From an uncultured virus (IMG/VR IMGVR_UViG_3300005573_000061) (lineage: Duplodnaviria > Heunggongvirae > Uroviricota > Caudoviricetes), in IMG/VR virus record IMGVR_UViG_3300005573_000061: 20,000 bases of DNA; one strand, given 5' to 3'. Within the stretch, counting starts at the first letter, position 1, and every line of letters starts with the position of its first letter. The notes beneath the pieces were generated by a model, which was not told the DNA's origin, searched no databases, and saw only the letters and a program-made list of their open reading frames with translations. The position numbers were made by a program, and so were the translations under genes. Shown piece by piece: positions 14,147 through 20,000 of the stretch.

Positions 14147-16686
14147 TACATCATTCCTCCATAGCCGCCCTTGACTACATCATATAGACCCGCACCCGCC
14201 TGTCCATATTTTGAAGGAGCCATAATGGTAACTTCAGTATTGAATCCGCCACCCTCTGTTAAATCAAAGGTATGGGTTACACTTTTGACATATGCTTGGA
14301 ACCCGAAATCAACAGCACGCATAATCATCCCAGGGTATAGTTCAGGCATAAATGTAATAGGTACAGTAGCGCTAAACTGATTCGCCCAGTTCATTTGAAA
14401 AAGGTAGACCGCATACCAAAAAGTAGCTTCTGGGCTCACCAGTGTTTCCATTGGTTGGAAGTTAGGACGAATTCCGAATCTGTCTATAATTGATTGAGAT
14501 AACTTAGATGTAGCTTGGTCGGCTGGGAGATTGAATAATTCTCCTAATAGTTCTACTTGCTCGACCGTAGCAATACCCATAGTGGTAGCTATGTTGAATG
14601 CTTGAATGGGACCACCGGGACTGGGACCCAAAATAGTTGGCGTAGATGTACCAGCCACAAATTGGTGGGTAACCAATGCAGCGTCGGACCAAGAAATGGC
14701 TAGATCCTCTAGTTCAATAGCTTGAACATCCATAACTGCTGCGGTTCCATAGATATTGAAATAGTCAGGGAACCAACACATCATGTCACCATTGGGTGCA
14801 GCACACCACGAACGCATAGCAGCTTTAATAATCATGTCAAAATATGGCAAAACTGGCTGATCATTCATAAGCGATCTAACACCAGAAAGTGTTTGTGAAA
14901 GAGGATCTGGTCCTTGACCAAACCAGTCCCAAATAGTAATTAGCTGGTTTCCACCACCATTATTTGCACCACTTACAATAGTGTTTTGAACACCTAAGGT
15001 AGATGAATAGCTAGCTGATCCATTGGTGGTATCACCTTGAGTATTTACTCTTCCAATGCCTACAAATTGATTACCACTCAAAGCTGCTGTAGTGATATTG
15101 CACCCAGCCGAGGGATCAGAAGCTTGAGCCATTTGACCATTACCAATGTACATAGCTACGTGACCGGGAGATGTGGAAGTACCTCCATCTCCCACACCTA
15201 TATAGAATATGAGATCCCCGATTTGTATGTCTTTTGGAGGGATGCAGTTTGCTCCATTGTTGGTTGTTTGAGCGTATTGCATCTGAGAGTCCCCGGGTAA
15301 TGTGACCCCAGCAACTTCCCATGCACATCCAACTAAAGCTGAGCAATCTACTCCAGTAGACTTAAGATTTTTTAAATTGGTATCCCATCCACTCGGACCT
15401 CCTCTGCCTGCGCCAAATACATATGGAGTTTTTTGATCCACAATTTTTACAGCAAAATTAGCAGCAGCAGCAGCAGGCCCACTAGCGGTCGCTACCTGTC
15501 CCCCAATGGCACTCCCTGTAGTGTAGGCTGTAGTAGCAGCCGCACTTCTTGTTGAATTCATTAATGCGAGTTGCTTACCATAATTAGATGTTGGACTACT
15601 AGGGTGCTTTATTCCGGTGGGAGAATAGTAACCAACAGTAGTTTGATTAGTGATGTTTTGATCCACCCACCCGATATTTACATCATCTCCCACCTTTAAT
15701 TTCAATGCCGTCAAAACATTCTGGGATAAACAAATTCCAGCATTAGCAACACTCAATTCTTGTGTACTTTGAGGGGTACCATTGGAAAATCTATTACTAG
15801 TGGATGCAGGGCTCTCTACCGGTCCCCATCCTATGGGTTCTACTACCACCCCAGATCCAGTTTTTACATTTTCAACAAAGAGTTTTTGCTTTTTGAGAAA
15901 ATTGATTGCATCTTCTTCAGTTACCTGTTTGTTGGGTGAGCCTGTTGGTCTTGTGAGATATCCCCACTGCATAGCACACCAGAAGTCGTTTACCGAGTCT
16001 GTAAATTTGAGAGAGCCGCTAGGAGCAATATTAGTAACCGTTCCTATACTGGTAGGCAATTCAGCACCAGGAACTAATTTAACTTGACCATTTAGCGCAT
16101 TGCTACCTCCAATACTGCCCGCTCCTCCCAGCAAAGAGTAAGAGTTACCGTAGTCTCGATTCACCAGATTGTATTGACTTGTAATAGAATTAAGCCATGC
16201 TGGAGGTAAATTACCTATATGAATTCTCGACGGTTGATAACCAACCACATCAGTAAGGATGGTTTTAGCTAGTCCACTCAATCCGCTATCTGTTGAGTTT
16301 GTACTATATTGATAGCGACTCATTAGATTAAATGCCGCCATAGAGCCTGGATCCCAAAAATGATAAAGGGCTCTTTTGTTAGCGCAGTATCCACTGATGC
16401 CGATCGAACGAGGCCATGCAGTTAGAAGAGGCACCGAATTTAAATATCCGGTCATAACTACCAATTCATTAATCCTCTTCATATAGATCACAAAACGATC
16501 ATTTGGGGTAAAGGCATGATCATATTTACGATTCTTATTCAGGAGATTGATCTGCATATGATGTAGACCATTCTCATTGATAGTGACTTGACCTGAAACT
16601 ATATCGTCAGAAATATCGATGTTATGACCAGCCATGGTGGAATCAATGACCACCCGAATACCTGGATTGTAAACCATAATAGCCAT
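14146..16686 (-). CDS. Baseplate hub / tail-associated lysin with internal NlpC/P60 peptidase and DPBB-like domain, 846 aa
   Basis: Hub-like N- and C-termini (IDISDDIVSGQVT...MTGYLNSVP; FMPELYPGM...YVKSVTHTF). NlpC/P60 motifs PYVFGA...GVDCSALV...IQIGDLIFY...GHVAMYIGNGQMAQAS (~15045-15480). Confidence 0.88.
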   Translation of the reverse strand: MAIMVYNPGIRVVIDSTMAGHNIDISDDIVSGQVTINENGLHHMQINLLNKNRKYDHAFTPNDRFVIYMKRINELVVMTGYLNSVPLLTAWPRSIGISGYCANKRALYHFWDPGSMAAFNLMSRYQYSTNSTDSGLSGLAKTILTDVVGYQPSRIHIGNLPPAWLNSITSQYNLVNRDYGNSYSLLGGAGSIGGSNALNGQVKLVPGAELPTSIGTVTNIAPSGSLKFTDSVNDFWCAMQWGYLTRPTGSPNKQVTEEDAINFLKKQKLFVENVKTGSGVVVEPIGWGPVESPASTSNRFSNGTPQSTQELSVANAGICLSQNVLTALKLKVGDDVNIGWVDQNITNQTTVGYYSPTGIKHPSSPTSNYGKQLALMNSTRSAAATTAYTTGSAIGGQVATASGPAAAAANFAVKIVDQKTPYVFGAGRGGPSGWDTNLKNLKSTGVDCSALVGCAWEVAGVTLPGDSQMQYAQTTNNGANCIPPKDIQIGDLIFYIGVGDGGTSTSPGHVAMYIGNGQMAQASDPSAGCNITTAALSGNQFVGIGRVNTQGDTTNGSASYSSTLGVQNTIVSGANNGGGNQLITIWDWFGQGPDPLSQTLSGVRSLMNDQPVLPYFDMIIKAAMRSWCAAPNGDMMCWFPDYFNIYGTAAVMDVQAIELEDLAISWSDAALVTHQFVAGTSTPTILGPSPGGPIQAFNIATTMGIATVEQVELLGELFNLPADQATSKLSQSIIDRFGIRPNFQPMETLVSPEATFWYAVYLFQMNWANQFSATVPITFMPELYPGMIMRAVDFGFQAYVKSVTHTFDLTEGGGFNTEVTIMAPSKYGQAGAGLYDVVKGGYGGMM

Positions 16687-17402
16687 TAAACACTCACCAC
16701 CACACGAGGATTAGATGAAAGTGGAGGTGGTCCAGAATAGTAGGCATAAGGATCTGCACCCGGATAACTCACTGTTGTTACCGGTGTTGGATTGTATTTA
16801 CTGTCTTCTACAGATCCGATAGACGCATTGACGTTCATATCAGATGGATAGAAATATAGAGATTGAGAATCAAAATTAGGGTCTGCACTGTTGGGACCTA
16901 CAAAACTGGAAATAGTGACAGGCTTAGTCGAACTACCGTATTGCTGACCACCCCTAAAAGTGAGGTTCATAGCCCATGCCACATCTGTAGCTTTATAGTT
17001 TTTGTTTGGTCCATCCGTTAGAATACCCGTAAAATCGAATCCTCGGGGACCTTGGATACGCATATAAGGAGCAAATTCCCTATTTCTCCAGTCAGATGCG
17101 GTTTTCATATATCTGACCGCCCATAGAGTAAAATCTTCTTTTTCTTCAAAAGTGGAGAATAATAATTCTAAGCTAAATGTAGATTGAAAAACTTGGCGGG
17201 TATAGAACATATGAGAGGCATAGCCCTGCGTGGATGGTCCTCCTTGAGCAAAATCCTCATTACCTCTAATCTCCATACCATAAAGAATGCGTCCAATCTT
17301 AACTGAATAAGCCTCCCGATCGTATGAGAGGGTACCGTTCGGATTGCTTGATTGATAGCGCTTATTTACGGTATGGGGAAGAGGGGGTTTTACTACAGCC
17401 AT
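16686..17402 (-). CDS. Tail/baseplate structural protein (tube-initiator-like), 238 aa
   Basis: Translationally coupled within the tail operon between tape measure and hub. The function is inferred from position only. Confidence 0.6.
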   Translation of the reverse strand: MAVVKPPLPHTVNKRYQSSNPNGTLSYDREAYSVKIGRILYGMEIRGNEDFAQGGPSTQGYASHMFYTRQVFQSTFSLELLFSTFEEKEDFTLWAVRYMKTASDWRNREFAPYMRIQGPRGFDFTGILTDGPNKNYKATDVAWAMNLTFRGGQQYGSSTKPVTISSFVGPNSADPNFDSQSLYFYPSDMNVNASIGSVEDSKYNPTPVTTVSYPGADPYAYYSGPPPLSSNPRVVVSV

Positions 17403-17405
17403 AAA

Positions 17406-17594
17406 TTATCCATGATTGTCGGGGGGTATTAGATTACTTACCATATCATCTTTTTGTGCTTGATTGAAAATAATAGCTAAGCCGAATTTGGTCATTCCAA
17501 AGCCAGTCCCAGCTAGCTCATGAATAATAGGAACCTCATCGCTGTTTGGTTCTGGTAATGAGATGGGACCATCACTTCCCCAATCATTAGGCAT
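17406..17594 (-). CDS. Small hypothetical protein in tail operon (62 aa)
   Basis: Fills the gap between its neighbours exactly; SD AAGGGGAG. Confidence 0.75.
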   Translation of the reverse strand: MPNDWGSDGPISLPEPNSDEVPIIHELAGTGFGMTKFGLAIIFNQAQKDDMVSNLIPPDNHG

Positions 17595-17606
17595 TTTTTT
17601 ACTCCC

Positions 17607-18773
17607 TTATACCGATGTATAGCCTTTGTCACTCCAGATGGACAAGGAGTTTTGAACTGCCGGATCTCCTGTATTTAATCCTACTCCCGCCATTAAAGCC
17701 TTTAAGATTGGTCCATACCAATTAGTAGTTTGAGGAGGAGTAGTTGTGAAGATATCTACGTATGCCTGAAGACCCTGTTGCCAAGAAGTATAAGCCTGTA
17801 CTCCTGAGCCGGGGGCGCCCGTAGCATAATTGACAGACCCTGGGAGTTGTAAACCACAGTTAAATGGATTGTATTTGGCGGTATTGCCCCAGTTACCACC
17901 TTCTTTTCCGTACCAATTATTAAGAGATGTAATATTGGCTGCTGTTTGAGGGGCGCCCAATGCCTTGAGTAAAGCTACTGACCAATCTTGATAATTAGCA
18001 ATTGAGCCAGGATCCGATACCGTACCGGCATGACCTTGAGCACTTGACGCTGAAGTCGGTGGTGTACTATCTCCTTGCGATGAAAGTGTTTGCTCGCCCG
18101 GTAGACCAAATTGTTGATTGACCTGTCCAGCATTGATGGGCTTGGTTGAGGACTCAAAGACATTACCCATGTATCCAGTTTCCTTATATCCAAGTCCCGC
18201 CTTGAGTCTGGCGATATAAGCGTTTGATGCTGCTCTTACCAAATTTCCCCCGGTATTATCTGCATCAATCATCAATGTCAGATGCCAATCAGGAGCAAAA
18301 TTTTCATTTTGAAAGTCGATAGCCATTCCGGATGCTGACCCATAGCTTTTAAGATATACCATGAAGTCATAATTACGCTGAGGGTAAAAAAATCTAACAG
18401 GTCCATGGGGGGCTTTAGCGTATGCCAAAGGAGATGCCTGATAATTAGCCAGATTCATCATGTCCTCTAAGAATTTGGCTTGTTCTTGCCATCCACCAGC
18501 ACCGAAAGTACCAATAATATTCAGATCCCCTAATTCCACCCCGAATACCTGGACTACCATCCCTCCAATAGTAGGGGTTTCTGATGCTTTTACTCTATAG
18601 TCCAATGATATTTTAGTGGGATTGAGGCGAAAATGTACCCCATTGAGCACAGCGTTTTGGTAGCCGCTGAGATTGCGGCCAAGAAAGCTAGACCTCACGC
18701 CAGGGTTTGGACCCTTATTGACAAAATTATTGGTTTTGCCAAATGGTTGGGGGAGTCTAGGGTTAGCCACCAT
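17607..18773 (-). CDS. Tail tube-initiator-like protein with C-terminal lysozyme-like (peptidoglycan hydrolase) domain, 388 aa
   Basis: The N-terminal FRLNPTKISLDY...TPTIGGMVVQVFG...LNIIGTFG pattern is typical of post-tape-measure proteins. After an S/Q/P linker comes WYGKEGG...YNPFN...GVQAYTSWQQGLQA, resembling a lysozyme-fold domain. Confidence 0.7.
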   Translation of the reverse strand: MVANPRLPQPFGKTNNFVNKGPNPGVRSSFLGRNLSGYQNAVLNGVHFRLNPTKISLDYRVKASETPTIGGMVVQVFGVELGDLNIIGTFGAGGWQEQAKFLEDMMNLANYQASPLAYAKAPHGPVRFFYPQRNYDFMVYLKSYGSASGMAIDFQNENFAPDWHLTLMIDADNTGGNLVRAASNAYIARLKAGLGYKETGYMGNVFESSTKPINAGQVNQQFGLPGEQTLSSQGDSTPPTSASSAQGHAGTVSDPGSIANYQDWSVALLKALGAPQTAANITSLNNWYGKEGGNWGNTAKYNPFNCGLQLPGSVNYATGAPGSGVQAYTSWQQGLQAYVDIFTTTPPQTTNWYGPILKALMAGVGLNTGDPAVQNSLSIWSDKGYTSV

Positions 18774-20000
18774 GGGCCGCCGTAGTAGACTGAGGCACCA
18801 GCGAATGAGTAGCCCCCGTTTCTCCCATAGATGCGTGTACGGTCTTAATGATTTTCTGGAAATATGGGCTCGGTTTTAGATTTAGGTTTACATTTACACT
18901 ACCGGTTAGCTTCGGTACATTTACCTTAGAACCATTATTATATAGGGTAGACAAATTCTCCCAATTGCCTTTACCCATATTCATCTTGGCGGTGCCTGCG
19001 GCTGCTTGTTTCTGATAATTCTTATTACTCATAAGCTCATTAAAGGATACTGTCTTGGTTTTGCCATTTTCTTGTATTTGGAATTGATGACCCCATCCAG
19101 CATTATTATTTTGACTCTTATTTTGGAGTAACTGATCAATAATGCCAGAATTCTGTCCTGTATCGGCGATTTGTTTAGCATATTGAATACGAGTACCCGC
19201 TGTTCCTTCTGTACCATTTATTTGACCAATATTAATATGCTGGCTATTTAGATATGACTGAATCTTATGAAGTTCCGTACTACCACCCATAGACATATTG
19301 CCAAATCTCCCAATTGTAGGTTGCGTCTGAGATTGCATATAGCTATTTACTAAATTGGAAAGATGAGCAGTTACACCCTTGCTAAGATTTGTAGAATTGG
19401 CCTGACTTGATAGAGGAAGATTGCCGGACTGTTGCTGTAGCTGAGGTAAACGGGCAATCACTTGAATAGCTTGCTGGGGAGTTAAACCTTGACCAAAACC
19501 TTGTGCAAATGAGTTCAAGGCAGGCTTTAGTATCTGCATCAAATTCTGATTGGGATTATTTTTTAGTACATAAGAAGATGCAGCATTCCATTCAGAGGTA
19601 TTCATATGAGAGAAATCATAACCGTTGGCCTTAGCCCATTTTTGAATCTCTGGCGTAATAGATCCTAAAGAAGTATTTTGATCAATCCTACTTTGGAGAT
19701 TACCTAGAAGCATTCTATTAAATTGAGCAGGATCGGTCTGACCCATAGCTACAAATTGATCATATCCCATCTTATTTTTGGTCGCTGTTTGCAGAAGTGA
19801 CGATGTGCCATAAAGAGCAGCTAGGTTGGTTTGTTTTATACCAAAGTCTTTACCAAGATACCCTTGAGCTTGGACAAACCCAGTAGCCGATTGAATAGCG
19901 CCACTTCCACCCCCCAAAACATGTTGAGCAGCGCCAAGATACTGATTAAATGCCTGATGCATTACTTGTGCGTTGACCCCGAATTGCTGGGCAACTTGGT
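18763..20000 (-). CDS. Tape measure protein, C-terminal part (5' end outside the window)
   Basis: The frame stays open beyond the ATG at 19962 to the window edge (...QVAQQFGVNAQVMHQ...). It is Q/A/G/N-rich and helical, and lies upstream of the baseplate genes. Confidence 0.75.
   Translation of the reverse strand, partial: QVAQQFGVNAQVMHQAFNQYLGAAQHVLGGGSGAIQSATGFVQAQGYLGKDFGIKQTNLAALYGTSSLLQTATKNKMGYDQFVAMGQTDPAQFNRMLLGNLQSRIDQNTSLGSITPEIQKWAKANGYDFSHMNTSEWNAASSYVLKNNPNQNLMQILKPALNSFAQGFGQGLTPQQAIQVIARLPQLQQQSGNLPLSSQANSTNLSKGVTAHLSNLVNSYMQSQTQPTIGRFGNMSMGGSTELHKIQSYLNSQHINIGQINGTEGTAGTRIQYAKQIADTGQNSGIIDQLLQNKSQNNNAGWGHQFQIQENGKTKTVSFNELMSNKNYQKQAAAGTAKMNMGKGNWENLSTLYNNGSKVNVPKLTGSVNVNLNLKPSPYFQKIIKTVHASMGETGATHSLVPQSTTAAHGG

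Noticed and set aside
15461..15476. (GCA)n microsatellite
   Set aside because: It simply encodes a poly-Ala stretch in the linker before the NlpC/P60 domain.
5813..19217. Many short alternate-frame or antisense ORFs (60-100 aa) inside the structural genes
   Set aside because: They are fully nested within long, well-supported CDSs and have no motifs.
5732..20000. Bacterial extracellular contractile injection system or tailocin rather than phage
   Set aside because: A tape measure, wall hydrolases, tRNAs, a helicase and an origin-like region fit a phage. No Afp15-like ATPase or toxin cargo is seen. Capsid genes are outside the window, so this is not proven.
1..20000. Stop-codon reassignment
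   Set aside because: Genes are long, intact and tightly abutting under the standard bacterial code, and neither tRNA is a suppressor.

Overview
This is most likely part of a large, relatively low-GC myovirus genome; an actinobacterial host is inferred from the Rpf gene. The right ~14 kb (5732-20000, minus strand) is a tightly packed contractile-tail and baseplate operon. In transcription order it holds a tape-measure C-terminus, two tube-initiator-like proteins (one with a lysozyme-like domain) separated by a 62-aa ORF, a hub with internal DPBB-like and NlpC/P60 domains, a spike-like protein, a gp25/W wedge, an expanded baseplate J and a 1594-aa gpI-like wedge/adhesin. A short plus-strand unit (atypical SNF2-like ATPase plus two acidic ORFs) converges on it. 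A ~320-bp extremely AT-rich region with inverted tandem repeat arrays (candidate origin) separates this from a leftward accessory cluster. That cluster is tRNA-Thr(UGU), an ORF, tRNA-Thr(CGU), an ORF, a stand-alone secreted LysM-Rpf (resuscitation-promoting factor) gene, a structured intergenic region with small ORFs, and a DinG-family Fe-S helicase. The ORF track misses the helicase because it runs off the left edge. All assignments come from manual motif recognition; no searches were run.
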